Part shown: in pieces, positions 29,001 to 43,132 of the stretch
Layout of the letters: each line of letters opens with the position of its first letter
Position numbering within the stretch: position 1 is the stretch's first letter
Assembly (NCBI GenBank): GCA_038319115.1
Contig: JBBQCV010000003.1
Location: forward strand, 1 to 52,670
Direction of reading: 5' to 3'
Origin: Burkholderiales bacterium
GTDB lineage: Bacteria > Pseudomonadota > Gammaproteobacteria > Burkholderiales > SG8-39
DNA length: 52,670 bases
The notes under the pieces: model-generated
Told to the model about the DNA's origin: nothing
The model's input: the letters and a program-made list of their open reading frames with translations, nothing else
Databases searched by the model: none
Made by a program: the position numbers and the translations under genes

Positions 29001-30098
29001 ATGAGTGAATTCCAGGCCAGCCTGCTCGTCGTCGGTGCGCTCGCGATTGCGGGTGTCTTCGCGTTCAATAAGTGGCAGGAGCATCGAGCAGCGCAAACGG
29101 CTGACGAAACTTTCCGATCGCGCCACCCGGACGTCCTAGACGGTAAGGCTCCCGAATCGAGCCACTCGGGCGGGCGCGCGACTTCCGATTCGCGGATCGA
29201 GCCCGTGCTGGACCCGGGACATGCCCCGGAGGGCGCGCACGGTGCTATACGAGGAGGAGACAATCGATCGGGGGAGTTTGCGCCTGCCCCGATGCCAAAT
29301 CCCCGCATCGACTATGTGATCGAGCTGGATGCGGCTGTGCCGTTAAACGTGGCTTCGACCGCGGAGCTCTGGGGGGACATAGCGCATCGCTTTTCCCGCC
29401 AGGCGAGCCTCGCCTGCTGGATAGACGGGCAGTGGGCCCCGCTCACACCCACTGGGGCATGCCGCAAGCTTCAGGCAGCCTTGCAGCTTGTCAGCCGAAG
29501 GGGCGTCATCAGCGAATCGGAACTGCTCGAATTCCGCTCCGCCATCGAGACCTTCGCGGCGCGTCTGGCCCTCACGGCGAGGGCAGCCGAAATGCGCGAC
29601 GCGCTCGAAGCGGCCAGGGTGCTCGATGGGATCTGCGCCGAAGCCGACATCCAGGTCGCCTTCCATGTCGTGGCAGCCTCTGGATCGGTATTCGCGGGCA
29701 CGAAAGTGCGCGCGTCGGCGGAGGCCGCCGGATTCGTCCTGGATCCCCGCGGCCGTTTCACCTTGATGGACGAAGCCGGGCGCGAACTCTACGAGCTGGG
29801 TGACCGCAACGGCGCGAAGTTCACCCCTGCGACGATGAAGGACGCCGCGCCGGAGGCGCTTACGCTTTCCATGGACGTTCCGCGGGCCCCGGACACGCAA
29901 CGCACATTCGACTCGATGGTGCGCTTCGCAAGGCAGCTTGCGTCGCTGCTCGGTGGCAGCTTGGTGGATGACAATAACCAGCCGCTCGACGAGCGGTCCA
30001 TTGCCGCAATCAATTCGCAGCTCGCACTGGTTCGCCAGAGCCTCGACGCGCAAGGCATCGCCCCAGGCAGCGCGCTGGCGCAACGGCTGTTTTCCTGA
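29001..30098 (+). CDS. zipA: cell division protein ZipA-like (C-terminal FtsZ-binding domains)
   Basis: N-terminal TM then NKWQE, RIEP, MDVPRA, LVDDN, GIAPGSALAQRLFS; smc-zipA-ligA synteny. Confidence 0.85.
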   Translation: MSEFQASLLVVGALAIAGVFAFNKWQEHRAAQTADETFRSRHPDVLDGKAPESSHSGGRATSDSRIEPVLDPGHAPEGAHGAIRGGDNRSGEFAPAPMPNPRIDYVIELDAAVPLNVASTAELWGDIAHRFSRQASLACWIDGQWAPLTPTGACRKLQAALQLVSRRGVISESELLEFRSAIETFAARLALTARAAEMRDALEAARVLDGICAEADIQVAFHVVAASGSVFAGTKVRASAEAAGFVLDPRGRFTLMDEAGRELYELGDRNGAKFTPATMKDAAPEALTLSMDVPRAPDTQRTFDSMVRFARQLASLLGGSLVDDNNQPLDERSIAAINSQLALVRQSLDAQGIAPGSALAQRLFS

Positions 30099-32992
<2,894 letters not shown>

Positions 32993-33541
32993 TTGCGCGA
33001 TCCCGCCCAAGCGTGGCAAATGCTGCGCAACGCTGAACTCGTCTGCGATGCCGCCGAAGTCACACGTGCAATCGAGAAGCTCGCAGAGGCCATCTCCGGG
33101 CGACTTTCTGGCGCGTACCCGCTTGTGCTGACGGTCATGGGAGGGGCGGTGTTCTTCGCCGGGCAGCTCCTTCCCAGGCTGCGATTCCCGCTCGATCAGG
33201 ACTACATTCATGCCAGCCGGTATGGCGACTCCATCGCCGGGAGCGATATCCGTTGGCGGGTGCATCCGCCTGAATCCGTGCGGGGCAGGACCGTGCTGGT
33301 GCTCGATGACATTCTCGATGGCGGCAACACTTTGGCGGCAATTCGAGAGCGAATCCTGGCGCAGGGGGCCGCCGAGTTTTTTTCGGCGGTGCTCACGGAA
33401 AAAATGCACGGCACCGAAAAGGCGGCGAAAGCGGATTTCGTCGGGCTGCACATTCCCAACCGCTTCGTTTTCGGTTGTGGCATGGATGCGCGTGGCAATT
33501 GGCGTAACCTGCCCGAAATCTATGCGCTCAAGGAGGCCTGA
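32993..33541 (+). CDS. hpt: hypoxanthine-guanine phosphoribosyltransferase
   Basis: VLVLDDILDGGNTL PRPP motif, DYIHASRY, FVFGCGMD, WRNLP; TTG start. Confidence 0.88.
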   Translation: MRDPAQAWQMLRNAELVCDAAEVTRAIEKLAEAISGRLSGAYPLVLTVMGGAVFFAGQLLPRLRFPLDQDYIHASRYGDSIAGSDIRWRVHPPESVRGRTVLVLDDILDGGNTLAAIRERILAQGAAEFFSAVLTEKMHGTEKAAKADFVGLHIPNRFVFGCGMDARGNWRNLPEIYALKEA

Positions 33542-33543
33542 GA

Positions 33544-34284
33544 GTGCTCGGCATCATCGGCGGAAGCGGGCTGTCCTCGTTGTTCGGCCACGCGACGCAA
33601 ACTTCCCGCCCCTCGGCGGAAACGCCGTATGGGCCGCCTTCCGGTCCGCTCACGATGGGGCAGCTCGGGGGCCGCGAGGTCGCGTTCCTGGCGCGTCACG
33701 GGGAGTCGCACCGGATTCCCCCCCACGAGGTCAATTACCGCGCGAATATCTGGCTGCTGAAGGAGCGGGGGGTTAGCAAGGTGCTGGCGGTCGCCGCGGT
33801 CGGCGGAATCGGCCCGGACTTCGGTCCGGGCTGCCTAGCGGTCCCGCACCAGCTCATCGACTACACGTGGGGTCGTCCGTCGACGTTTTTCGAAGGTCCC
33901 GGCAAGCCTGTTACGCATATCGATTTCACCGAGCCATATAGCCAGTCGATGCGAAAGGAAATCCTGGAGGCCGCGCTCGCATGTGATATGAGGGTTGTGG
34001 ATGGCGCGGTTTATGCGGCAACGCAAGGCCCGCGTCTCGAAACCGCCGCCGAAATCGATCGGCTGGAAAGGGATGGGGCTGATGTTGTCGGCATGACCGC
34101 GATGCCGGAAGCTGCGCTCGCGCGCGAACTCGGTCTGGACTACGCGGCGATTGCGGTCGTCGCCAACCATGCGGCGGGACGGGGAGACAGCGCCCACGCG
34201 ATTTCCATGGAGCAGATCATGCAGGTGCTGGACGGGGCGATGGTGAAGGTGCGCAGGATCATAGAAAAGATGGCGGCCCAATGA
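33544..34284 (+). CDS. S-methyl-5'-thioinosine phosphorylase (MTAP/PNP family)
   Basis: [51 protein letters not shown]. Confidence 0.85.
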   Translation: MLGIIGGSGLSSLFGHATQTSRPSAETPYGPPSGPLTMGQLGGREVAFLARHGESHRIPPHEVNYRANIWLLKERGVSKVLAVAAVGGIGPDFGPGCLAVPHQLIDYTWGRPSTFFEGPGKPVTHIDFTEPYSQSMRKEILEAALACDMRVVDGAVYAATQGPRLETAAEIDRLERDGADVVGMTAMPEAALARELGLDYAAIAVVANHAAGRGDSAHAISMEQIMQVLDGAMVKVRRIIEKMAAQ

Positions 34285-34811
34285 TTCGCCAAGTGCTCAA
34301 GATGGGGGACGCGAGGCTTCTCGAAGTGTCCCGGCCGGTAACTAAATTCGGCACACCCGACCTCGATGGGCTCCTTGCCGACATGCACGACACCATGGCG
34401 CATCTGGACGGGGCCGGGCTGGCCGCTCCGCAGATCGGGGTGGGCCTTCGGGTGGTGATCTTCGGCCTGAAGAACAACCCCCGCTACCCGCAGGCGGAAG
34501 AAGTGCCGTATACCGTGTTGATCAACCCGGTGATCGAGCCGTTGTCGGACGAGATGGAGGAGGGCTGGGAAGGGTGTCTCTCGGTTCCCGGCTTGCGCGC
34601 AGTCGTGCCGCGCCATTCACGCCTGCGTTACCGTGGCTTCGATGCGACTGGCGCGGCAATCGACCGGGCGGCGGAAGGCTTCCATGCGCGCGTGGTCCAG
34701 CACGAGTGCGACCATCTCGACGGCATCCTGTACCCAATGCGGGTTCGCGACTTCTCCCGGTTCGGCTTCATTGATGCATTGTTCCCCGGCCAGGAAGTCG
34801 CGGACGATTGA
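34281..34811 (+). CDS. def: peptide deformylase
   Basis: [22 protein letters not shown]. Confidence 0.95.
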   Translation: MIRQVLKMGDARLLEVSRPVTKFGTPDLDGLLADMHDTMAHLDGAGLAAPQIGVGLRVVIFGLKNNPRYPQAEEVPYTVLINPVIEPLSDEMEEGWEGCLSVPGLRAVVPRHSRLRYRGFDATGAAIDRAAEGFHARVVQHECDHLDGILYPMRVRDFSRFGFIDALFPGQEVADD

Positions 34812-34832
34812 TCGCGTCCGGGACCCTCTGCA

Positions 34833-37421
34833 TCAGACGTGCAGTTCTTCCAGCAGGTCCTGTTCCAGCAGGAGGACAACGCGCTGGTTGGATAACAATT
34901 CGCCCGCAATAAGGAAAACGTCCTCCGCGCGATCGCCCAGCGTATTGACTTTCGCGCTGCGCAGATTGACGTTGTATCTGGACAGGACGCGTGCGATCCC
35001 GTACAGCAATCCGGTTCTATCACTGGCGACGATCGAAAGAACATGCAGGGTGCCGCGCTCATCCGGCCGTACGTCCACCGACGGGGTGACCGGGAAGTGC
35101 CTCACCCGGCGCGAAATTCTGCCGCGGGCTGATGGCGGAAGCGGCGCATCGTCGAGCAGTTCCAGCGCCAGCTCGGATTCGATGAGGCCGATCATGTCGC
35201 GATAATGCGCCGCCTTGCCCCGACCCATTATGAGGAAAGTGTCGAGCGCGTATCCATGCCGAGTGGTGTGGATCTTTGCTTCGACAATGTTGAAATTGGC
35301 GCGTTCGAAGTAGCCGCAGATGCGTGCGAAAAGTTCTTTGCGGTCCGGCGTGTAGATCATCACCTGCAGGCCTTCGCCGAAGCTCGAAAGCCGGGCGCGC
35401 ACCACTGGCTTGCCGGAGTCGGCGCGGTAATGCAGGTTGCGCGTCTGCCAGGCAATTTCCTGCGCGTCGTGGCGCAGGAAATAAGCCGTGTCGAGCTGCG
35501 CCCAGAATTTGTCCTTGACCGAATCGGACAGCGCATACAGCCGCAGGAGGCGCATGGCTTCGGCCTGGGTATCCGCGACGGCGGAGTCGGGCTTGAGCAC
35601 GCCGCCGGTGAGCAAATGCCGAGCCGCACGGAACAGGTCTTCGAGCAGCTTCGCCTTCCATGCGTTCCACACCTTGGGGCTGGTGCCGCGCACGTCGGCG
35701 ACGGTGAGGAGATACAGCGCGACGAGGCGCCTTTCGGTGCCCACCACCGCGGCGAAAGAGCTGACCACATCGGGATCGGCGATATCCTGCTTCTGCGCCA
35801 CCGACGACATCGTCAGGTGGTGCACGACGAGGAACGTGACCAGCTCGATGTCCTCGGCTGCAAGTCCATGGCTGCGGCCGAAGCGCCGCGCGTCTGACGC
35901 GCCGAGGGTCGAGTGGTCGCCGCCCCTTCCCTTGGCGATGTCGTGATAAAGAGCCGCTACGTATAGCAGCCATTTGCGGTCGAACCCGCTCATGAGGCGG
36001 CTGGCAAGGGGGAATTCGTGGGCCAGTTCGGGAATGGTGAAGCGACGAAGGTTGCGCACCACCATGAGGATGTGCTGGTCCACTGTATAGACGTGGAACA
36101 GGTCGTGCTGCATCTGGCCGACGATGCGCCCGAATTCCGGCATGTACCGGCCGAGGATGTCGTACTGGTTCATGCGCCTGAACTCATGGACGATGCCGCG
36201 CGGCTGCTGGAGGATCTGCAGGAAAAGCAGCTTGTGCAGCGGCACCCGGCGGTACGCGGCATCGATGCGCATCCGTGCACGCCAAAGTGCGCGCAGGGTG
36301 GGGGCGGTCATGCCGCGCAACTGCTGGTGCTGTTGCATCAGGAGGAAACTTTCGAGGATCGCCGAGGGTTCGGTTTCGAAGATCCGCTCGCTGCGGGCGT
36401 CAAGCAGGTCGCCGCGTGCCTGAAAGCGCTCGTTGAGCACGCGCGGCGGGTGCAGCGGCCCCTGGGACAGCCGTGCGCCGAGGTTCTGCAGCAGGATCGT
36501 GTTCAACTGGGTGATCGCCTTGGCAGCGCGGAAATAGCGCTGCATGAGCACTTCGCTTGCGCGTCGCGTGCCGGTCGCCATGCATCGCATCTGCCCGGCG
36601 AGCGCAGTCTGGTAATCGAATACGATCCGGTCTTCACGCCGCCCGGCAAGGTAGTGCAGCCGGATCCGGAGTTCATCGAGCAGCACTTCGTTGCGTGCGA
36701 GCTCGGTAGATTCGGCCCGCGTGATCAGCGCACAGAGCTCCAGGTCGCGCCATCGCTTGCCGATGCCCGAGGCGACCGCGATCCAGCGGATCGTCTGCAG
36801 ATCGCGAAGGCCCCCGGGGGCTTCCTTCAGGTTGGGCTCCAACGCGTACGGCGTGTCCTGGTGCTTGGCATGGCGATGTTCCTGCTCGAGCCGCTTGGCT
36901 TCGAAAAAAGCCTCGCCGTCAAGGAGTTCGCTCATGCAGGTCGCCAGGCGCGAAAAAAGGGTGCGGCTTCCGCCAATGAGCCTGGCTTCAAGGAGGGAGG
37001 TCTGTACTGTGATGTCTGCAGCCGCCGCTTCCGCGCAGGCGTCTACGGTGCGGACGCTATGGCCTGCCTCCAGTCCGACGTCCCAGAACAGTCCGACCAG
37101 CGATTCGAGCCTGGATTTCTCGTCCGGCCCCGGCTCATGCTCCAGCAGGACGAGGAGGTCGATGTCCGAATAAGGGAATAGTTCACTGCGGCCATACCCC
37201 CCCACGGCGACCAATGCCGCTCCCCGCGGCATGCCCGCACTCCGCCAGAGCGAGAGCAGCACCCTGTCGATCAGCTTCGCATGGCGGCGCAGGAGCGCCT
37301 TGGGATTGGGGCCGGCGAAAAATGCTGCGCGCAGTTCGTCGCGCCCTGCCTGCAAGATGGCTTTTGTGGCGTCGACCGTCGCCGTGTCAGTGGCCGCAGC
37401 CGCTCGGAGCGACGCGACCAC
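34833..37421 (-). CDS. glnD: [protein-PII] uridylyltransferase
   Basis: GGYGRSELFPYSDIDL, EPNLKEAPGGLRD, HVYTVDQH, HDIAKGRGGDHS, two ACT domains. Confidence 0.96.
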   Translation of the reverse strand: MVASLRAAAATDTATVDATKAILQAGRDELRAAFFAGPNPKALLRRHAKLIDRVLLSLWRSAGMPRGAALVAVGGYGRSELFPYSDIDLLVLLEHEPGPDEKSRLESLVGLFWDVGLEAGHSVRTVDACAEAAAADITVQTSLLEARLIGGSRTLFSRLATCMSELLDGEAFFEAKRLEQEHRHAKHQDTPYALEPNLKEAPGGLRDLQTIRWIAVASGIGKRWRDLELCALITRAESTELARNEVLLDELRIRLHYLAGRREDRIVFDYQTALAGQMRCMATGTRRASEVLMQRYFRAAKAITQLNTILLQNLGARLSQGPLHPPRVLNERFQARGDLLDARSERIFETEPSAILESFLLMQQHQQLRGMTAPTLRALWRARMRIDAAYRRVPLHKLLFLQILQQPRGIVHEFRRMNQYDILGRYMPEFGRIVGQMQHDLFHVYTVDQHILMVVRNLRRFTIPELAHEFPLASRLMSGFDRKWLLYVAALYHDIAKGRGGDHSTLGASDARRFGRSHGLAAEDIELVTFLVVHHLTMSSVAQKQDIADPDVVSSFAAVVGTERRLVALYLLTVADVRGTSPKVWNAWKAKLLEDLFRAARHLLTGGVLKPDSAVADTQAEAMRLLRLYALSDSVKDKFWAQLDTAYFLRHDAQEIAWQTRNLHYRADSGKPVVRARLSSFGEGLQVMIYTPDRKELFARICGYFERANFNIVEAKIHTTRHGYALDTFLIMGRGKAAHYRDMIGLIESELALELLDDAPLPPSARGRISRRVRHFPVTPSVDVRPDERGTLHVLSIVASDRTGLLYGIARVLSRYNVNLRSAKVNTLGDRAEDVFLIAGELLSNQRVVLLLEQDLLEELHV

Positions 37422-37424
37422 GGG

Positions 37425-38225
37425 CTACCCGATTACAGGCGGTGGAAGGGGTGTCCCCGCGGACTGGGTCAGCACGTCGAATCCGGACTCCGTGACAAGC
37501 ACGGTGTGTTCCCATTGCGCCGACAGGCTGTGATCCTTGGTCACGATGGTCCAGCCGTCCGCGAGTTCGCGTATCGCGGGGTTGCCCGCGTTGATCATGG
37601 GCTCGACGGTAAAGGTCATGCCCTGCTCGAGTTGCAGGCCGGTACCGGCTTTTCCGTAATGGAGGATCTGCGGATCCTCGTGGAACTTGCGCCCGATCCC
37701 GTGCCCGCAGAATTCGCGCACCACCGAATAGCCGTGCCTTTCGGCATGTGCCTGTATGGCCGCGCCAATGTCTCCCAGCCTCGTGCCCGGACGGATGCGG
37801 GAAATGCCGACCCACATGCACTCGTATGTGACATCGCACAGGCGGCGCGCCTGGATGCTTGGCTCAGCGACGTAATACATCCGGCTGGAGTCGCCGTGAA
37901 ACCCGTCCTTGATCACCGTGACGTCTATATTCAGCACGTCCGACGCCTTGAGGATCCGGTCGCCCGGGATCCCGTGGCATACCTGATGATTGACCGAGGT
38001 GCAGATCGATTTCGGGAAGGGCTTGTAGCCGGGTGGGGCGTAGTTGAGCGGGGCCGGCACGGTTTTCTGCTCGCTGACCATGTAGGCGTGGCACAGGTCA
38101 TTGAGCCGGCCGGTCGTGACGCCCGGCTTCACGAATGGCGTGATGTAGTCCAGCACTTCGGACGCCAAGCGGCCAGCCAGGCGCATATTCTCTATTTCTT
38201 CGGGGGTCTTGAGCGTGACGGCCAT
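37425..38225 (-). CDS. map: type I methionine aminopeptidase
   Basis: CTSVNHQVCHGIP, NIDVT, GHGIG..FHE, FTVEPMIN, SAQWEHT. Confidence 0.97.
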   Translation of the reverse strand: MAVTLKTPEEIENMRLAGRLASEVLDYITPFVKPGVTTGRLNDLCHAYMVSEQKTVPAPLNYAPPGYKPFPKSICTSVNHQVCHGIPGDRILKASDVLNIDVTVIKDGFHGDSSRMYYVAEPSIQARRLCDVTYECMWVGISRIRPGTRLGDIGAAIQAHAERHGYSVVREFCGHGIGRKFHEDPQILHYGKAGTGLQLEQGMTFTVEPMINAGNPAIRELADGWTIVTKDHSLSAQWEHTVLVTESGFDVLTQSAGTPLPPPVIG

Positions 38226-38306
38226 GGGCTTGGGGTGGGTCGGGGAACGGATGCTGACGGGCAGGGCGCGAGAATACGGGAATGGTGCCGCAGGGGCAAC
38301 GATAGA

Positions 38307-38336
38307 TTGGGCCTTGAGCCCTGATTATGCTAGAAT
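38307..38336 (+). promoter_or_regulatory. rpsB promoter (extended -10 TGcTAGAAT)
   Basis: TTGGGC - 18 nt - TAGAAT with TG at 38328-38329. Confidence 0.6.
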
Positions 38337-38342
38337 TTCGGG

Positions 38343-38460
38343 CTGGCTGAGTAGAAACGCTGCTAGGCCAAATTTCCCGCCCGCGGTCTTAGGGTGCCCC
38401 GGTTCGCAGAAACCGGGGTTGCACGACCCGCAGGCGGCAGTGAACAACCCTAAAAGGAAA
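38343..38460 (+). ncRNA. rpsB 5' leader (t44 / S2 autoregulatory leader)
   Basis: TTAGGGTG-CCCCGGTT..AACCGGGG hairpin and downstream AACCCTAA complementary to TTAGGGT, as in the conserved rpsB leader; boundaries approximate. Confidence 0.65.
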
Positions 38461-38465
38461 CGACA

Positions 38466-39212
38466 ATGTCTGTAACGATGCGTGAAATGCTGGAGGCGGG
38501 CGTCCATTTCGGGCACCAGACCCGCTACTGGAACCCGAAGATGGAGCAGTTCATTTTCGGCCACCGCAACAAGATCCATATCATCAACCTCGAGAAGACC
38601 CTTGTGATGTACCAAGGGGCGCTCAAGTTCATCCGCCAGTTGTCCGCGAACAAGGGCAACCTGCTTTTCGTCGGCACCAAGCGCCAGGCGCGCGAGATCG
38701 TGCACGAGGAAGCACTGCGCTGCGGTTCCCCCTTCGTCGACCACCGCTGGCTGGGCGGCATGCTCACGAACTTCAAGACGGTCAAGCAGTCAATCAAGCG
38801 CCTGAAGGAAATGGAACAGATGGCGCAGGACGGGTCGTTCGAGAAGATCGCCAAGAAGGAGGCCCTGGGCCTGCAACGCGAAATGGACAAGCTGCAGCGC
38901 AGCCTGGGCGGGATCAAGGATTTGGTCAGCCTTCCGGATGCTTTGTTCGTCATCGACGTCGGGTACCACAAGGGCGCGATCACCGAGGCCAACAAACTCG
39001 GCATCCCGGTGGTGGCAGTTGTCGACACGAACCACACGCCCGAGGGAATCGATTACGTGATCCCCGGCAATGATGACTCGAGCCGCGCAATCAGGCTGTA
39101 TGCACGTGGCGTGGCGGATGCGGTGCTAGAAGGCCGGACCCAATCGGTCGAGCGGGTGATAGCCGCCTCGCGCGACGAGTTCGTCGAGGTCAACGACGAG
39201 GTCGGCGCCTGA
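38466..39212 (+). CDS. rpsB: 30S ribosomal protein S2
   Basis: [36 protein letters not shown]. Confidence 0.98.
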   Translation: MSVTMREMLEAGVHFGHQTRYWNPKMEQFIFGHRNKIHIINLEKTLVMYQGALKFIRQLSANKGNLLFVGTKRQAREIVHEEALRCGSPFVDHRWLGGMLTNFKTVKQSIKRLKEMEQMAQDGSFEKIAKKEALGLQREMDKLQRSLGGIKDLVSLPDALFVIDVGYHKGAITEANKLGIPVVAVVDTNHTPEGIDYVIPGNDDSSRAIRLYARGVADAVLEGRTQSVERVIAASRDEFVEVNDEVGA

Positions 39213-39237
39213 GGCGGGTGCGTTGCGGTAAGAGTAC

Positions 39238-39260
39238 AAGGGGCCGCGGGCCCCTTTTTT
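39238..39260 (+). terminator. rpsB-tsf intergenic terminator/attenuator
   Basis: AAGGGGCC-GCG-GGCCCCTT followed by TTTT. Confidence 0.8.
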
Positions 39261-39295
39261 AAATCCAAGGCAGGACAATCGGCAGGAGTAGGGTA

Positions 39296-40165
39296 ATGGC
39301 GGAAATTACAGCGGGTCTGGTCAAGGAATTGCGCGAAATGACCGGGCTTGGGATGATGGAATGCAAGAAGGCGCTGCAGGAGACCGGCGGCGATATCGCC
39401 AAGGCCGAGGAATTCCTGCGGATCCGCAGCGGAGCGAAGGCAAGCAAGGCGGCGGCCCGCGTGGCGGCCGAGGGCGTGGTCGGCGCGTTCGTGTCGGGGG
39501 ATGGCAAGCTCGGCGCCCTCGTCGAAGTCAACTGCGAGATCGATTTCGTCGCCCGGAACGAGGATTTCCTGTCGTTTGCCAACGCGCTTGCGGAAGTTGT
39601 GGCCAGGGAGAACCCTGCAGACGCTGCTGCGCTTGCCGCTCTCTCGGTCGGAGGCGAAGGCGTCGAGGCCCGCAGGCAGGCGCTGGTCCAGAAAATCGGT
39701 GAAAACATCTCGATCCGGCGCCTTCATCGCCTCGCCGCAACCGGCAAACTTGCGCAGTACCTGCATGGCGTGAAGATCGGTGTGCTCGTCGACTACGACG
39801 GCCCAGAGGAAGCGGGCAAGGACGTGGCGATGCATGTCGCGTTCTCCAAACCGCGCTACATGCGCAAGGAAGATGTTCCCGCCGAAGTTGCAGCCAAGGA
39901 GCGCGAGATCCTGGCCGCCCGTGCGAGCGAATCAGGCAAGCCTCCGGAGATCGTCGCCAAGATGATCGAGGGTGGCATCAACAAGTTCCTCGGCGAGATT
40001 TCGCTGCTCGGCCAGCCGTTCGTCAAGGACGACAAGCAAACGGTCGAGAAGATGCTCCTGGCGCGAAAAGCCAAGCTGCACGGGTATGCCTTCTTCGTCG
40101 TCGGCGAAGGCATCGAGAAGAAGAGCACCGACTTCGCGGCCGAGGTGGCCGGCGTCACCCGCTGA
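39296..40165 (+). CDS. tsf: elongation factor Ts
   Basis: [47 protein letters not shown]. Confidence 0.97.
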   Translation: MAEITAGLVKELREMTGLGMMECKKALQETGGDIAKAEEFLRIRSGAKASKAAARVAAEGVVGAFVSGDGKLGALVEVNCEIDFVARNEDFLSFANALAEVVARENPADAAALAALSVGGEGVEARRQALVQKIGENISIRRLHRLAATGKLAQYLHGVKIGVLVDYDGPEEAGKDVAMHVAFSKPRYMRKEDVPAEVAAKEREILAARASESGKPPEIVAKMIEGGINKFLGEISLLGQPFVKDDKQTVEKMLLARKAKLHGYAFFVVGEGIEKKSTDFAAEVAGVTR

Positions 40166-40178
40166 ACAAAGGGCCCCC

Positions 40179-40892
40179 GTGACGCCAAAATACAAGCGCA
40201 TCCTCCTCAAGCTTTCGGGCGAAGCCCTCATGGGCGAGGACGCGTACGGCATCAACCGGCAAACGATAGAGGCCATCGTCGGTGAAGTCGCAACCGTGGT
40301 GCGCATGGGCGTCGAAATCGGGGCTGTCATCGGCGGGGGGAACATCTTCCGCGGCGTGGCGCCGGGCGCGGCGGGGATGGACCGGGCCACAGCCGATTAC
40401 ATGGGGATGCTGGCCACGGTCATGAATGCGCTCGCATTGCAGGATGCGATGCGCCACGCCGGAATCGCCAGCCGCGTGCAGTCGGCGCTCAACATCGAAC
40501 AGGTGGTCGAGCCGTACATTCGCGGGAAGGCGATTCGCTACCTCGAGGAAGGCAAGATCGTTATTTTTGCCGCCGGAACCGGCAATCCTTTCTTCACCAC
40601 CGATACGGCGGCGGCGTTGCGCGGAAGCGAAATGGGCGCCGAGATCGTGTTGAAGGCCACCAAGGTGGATGGGGTGTATACCGCCGATCCACGCAAGGAC
40701 CCGTCGGCCCGGCGATACAGCCGCATCAGTTTCGACGACGCGATCCACCAGAACCTGAAGGTCATGGATGCAACCGCCCTGACGCTGTGCCGTGACCAGA
40801 AGCTACCCATCAATGTGTTCAGCATCTTCAAGCCCGGCGCCCTGCAGCGCGTGGTGGCGGGGGAAGATGAGGGCACGCTGGTGCATATCTGA
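40179..40892 (+). CDS. pyrH: UMP kinase
   Basis: [31 protein letters not shown]; GTG start. Confidence 0.97.
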   Translation: MTPKYKRILLKLSGEALMGEDAYGINRQTIEAIVGEVATVVRMGVEIGAVIGGGNIFRGVAPGAAGMDRATADYMGMLATVMNALALQDAMRHAGIASRVQSALNIEQVVEPYIRGKAIRYLEEGKIVIFAAGTGNPFFTTDTAAALRGSEMGAEIVLKATKVDGVYTADPRKDPSARRYSRISFDDAIHQNLKVMDATALTLCRDQKLPINVFSIFKPGALQRVVAGEDEGTLVHI

Positions 40893-40905
40893 GAACGTGC
40901 GGGAG

Positions 40906-41472
40906 ATGACAGTGGACATTGCCGAGCTGAAAAGAAATACCGAAGCCAAGATGAAGAAGACGCTCGAGGCGTTGAAGAACGACTTGGGGAAAGTACGCAC
41001 TGGGCGCGCCCACACCGGACTTCTCGACCACGTGATGGTCGATTACTACGGCGCGCAGACCCCGCTGAGCGGGGTTGCCAGCGTTTCGCTGATCGACGCG
41101 CGCACGATAGGCATCACGCCGTGGGAAAAGAAGATGGTCGCCGCCATCGAAAAGGCAATCCGCGAATCGGGGCTGGGCCTGAACCCGTCCGCCATGGGCG
41201 AAACGATCCGCGTCCCCATGCCCGCGCTGACCGAAGAGCGGCGCAAGGAACTCATCAAGGTGGTGCGCGGCGAGGGCGAAAACGCCCGGGTCGCAGTACG
41301 CAACCTTCGCCGCGATGCCAACCATTCGCTCAAGGAGGCCCTCAAGGAGAAGGAGATTTCCGAGGATGACGAGCGCCGCGCCCAGGACGAGGTGCAGAAA
41401 CTGACCGACCGCCATGTGGCTGAGGTCGACAGGATGCTTCAGCACAAGGAGGCGGAACTCCTCGCCGTCTGA
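40906..41472 (+). CDS. frr: ribosome recycling factor (start ATG 40906 or GTG 40912)
   Basis: [32 protein letters not shown]. Confidence 0.97.
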   Translation: MTVDIAELKRNTEAKMKKTLEALKNDLGKVRTGRAHTGLLDHVMVDYYGAQTPLSGVASVSLIDARTIGITPWEKKMVAAIEKAIRESGLGLNPSAMGETIRVPMPALTEERRKELIKVVRGEGENARVAVRNLRRDANHSLKEALKEKEISEDDERRAQDEVQKLTDRHVAEVDRMLQHKEAELLAV

Positions 41473-41487
41473 GGCGGACCGCTAACG

Positions 41488-42303
41488 ATGCACAAGAGCT
41501 CAACACTTACACTGCCGGACGCGGGCGCGATTCCGCGCCACGTCGCGGTCATCATGGACGGAAACGGCCGCTGGGCGAAGCGCCGCCACCTGCCGCGATT
41601 CGCCGGTCACCAGCGCGGCGTCGAGGCAGTGCGCACCGCGGTGAAATGCTGCGTCGATCGCGGCATCGAATACCTCACGCTGTTTGCTTTCAGCTCGGAA
41701 AACTGGCGCAGACCCGCCGAAGAGGTAGCCCTGCTGATGGAATTGTTTACCGGCGCGCTCACCAAGGAAATGGTGAAAATGCACCGTAACGGGGTGCAGC
41801 TGCGAGTAGTCGGCGATCTCGGGCGGTTCGACTCCCGCATCCAGTCGCTGGTGGCCGAAGCCGAGCGCATGACCTCGGGCAACCGTACACTCACGCTCAC
41901 CATCGCCGCCAATTACGGCGGTCGCTGGGACATGCTCCAGGCCCTGAGCCGCCTCATGAAGGAGCGTCCCGGCGCTGCATCGAGGCAGTTGTCCGAGGAA
42001 GACCTTGCGCCCTATCTGTCCATGAGCTATGCGCCGGAGCCGGACTTATTCATCCGCACCGGCGGCGAGCATCGCATCAGCAATTTCCTGTTGTGGCAGC
42101 TCGCCTATACCGAGCTCTATTTCACCGATGCGCTCTGGCCGGACTTCGGAGCCGAGGTTCTCGACGAAGCCATCGCGTGGTATGGCGCGCGCGAACGCAG
42201 GTTCGGGCGCACGAGCGAGCAGCTCGAGGCCGGCAGGCAGGGCCGCAATGGCGCTGCGGTTGCCGCTGCCGATGCTCCGCGACGCACGCGGGCGAATGCT
42301 TAA
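41488..42303 (+). CDS. uppS: undecaprenyl diphosphate synthase
   Basis: [47 protein letters not shown]. Confidence 0.96.
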   Translation: MHKSSTLTLPDAGAIPRHVAVIMDGNGRWAKRRHLPRFAGHQRGVEAVRTAVKCCVDRGIEYLTLFAFSSENWRRPAEEVALLMELFTGALTKEMVKMHRNGVQLRVVGDLGRFDSRIQSLVAEAERMTSGNRTLTLTIAANYGGRWDMLQALSRLMKERPGAASRQLSEEDLAPYLSMSYAPEPDLFIRTGGEHRISNFLLWQLAYTELYFTDALWPDFGAEVLDEAIAWYGARERRFGRTSEQLEAGRQGRNGAAVAAADAPRRTRANA

Positions 42304-43132
42304 GGAGCGGATCGCCACCGCAATCGTCCTGCTGGGGGTCTTCTTGGCGGCGCTCCTTGCGCTGCCTACCCGGCAGTTCGCCATCCTCGTGGCCGCCGTA
42401 GTTGCGCTGGGTGCAGTCGAGTGGGCCGCCCTCGCCGGAATCGGCCGGCCCGGACGCTACGTGTTTTCGGCCTTGGCGACCGCCCTGTTTGGTTCCGCGG
42501 TCTGGATATTCCAGGCGATCGATCCATCGCGGCGCGAAGTCGCACTGGTATTTGCCATTTCGGCCGCTTTCTGGGTATTCCTCGTGCCGTACTGGCTGTC
42601 GCGCGGGCTTGGTGTCGTGTTCCGATCGAAGGCTGCATCGCTCGCCATCGGGCTGGTCGTGGTCCTGCCGACGGGGATTGCAGTCGTCAGCCTGCATTCG
42701 ATTGCCCCGGTGATGCTGCTCGCGCTGCTTGCATTCGTCTGGATCGCCGACATCGCGGCCTTTTTCGTGGGCCGCAAATACGGCAGGCACAAGCTTGCAC
42801 CCCGGATCAGTCCCGGCAAGAGCTGGGAAGGCGCGGTTGGCGCGCTCGTCGCCACTGTCATCTACGCTATCATTTGCGCCATGGTTTTGCCGCAGCTCAG
42901 CATCATTGCCCGGGGCGGCCTCTGGTTTGCCTGCGTCGCAGCAGCGTGCGTGCTTTGGGCGCTGAGCATCATGGGCGACTTGTTCGAATCGCTCGTCAAG
43001 CGCCAGGCGGGGGTCAAGGACAGCGGGACGCTTCTGCCCGGCCACGGCGGGGTGCTGGATCGCATTGACAGCCTGACCTCGACGCTGCCGGTCAGCGCAC
43101 TTTTCTTTTATCCCATGACGGCCGGCCAATGA
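42296..43132 (+). CDS. cdsA: phosphatidate cytidylyltransferase
   Basis: [48 protein letters not shown]. Confidence 0.95.
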   Translation: MLKERIATAIVLLGVFLAALLALPTRQFAILVAAVVALGAVEWAALAGIGRPGRYVFSALATALFGSAVWIFQAIDPSRREVALVFAISAAFWVFLVPYWLSRGLGVVFRSKAASLAIGLVVVLPTGIAVVSLHSIAPVMLLALLAFVWIADIAAFFVGRKYGRHKLAPRISPGKSWEGAVGALVATVIYAIICAMVLPQLSIIARGGLWFACVAAACVLWALSIMGDLFESLVKRQAGVKDSGTLLPGHGGVLDRIDSLTSTLPVSALFFYPMTAGQ

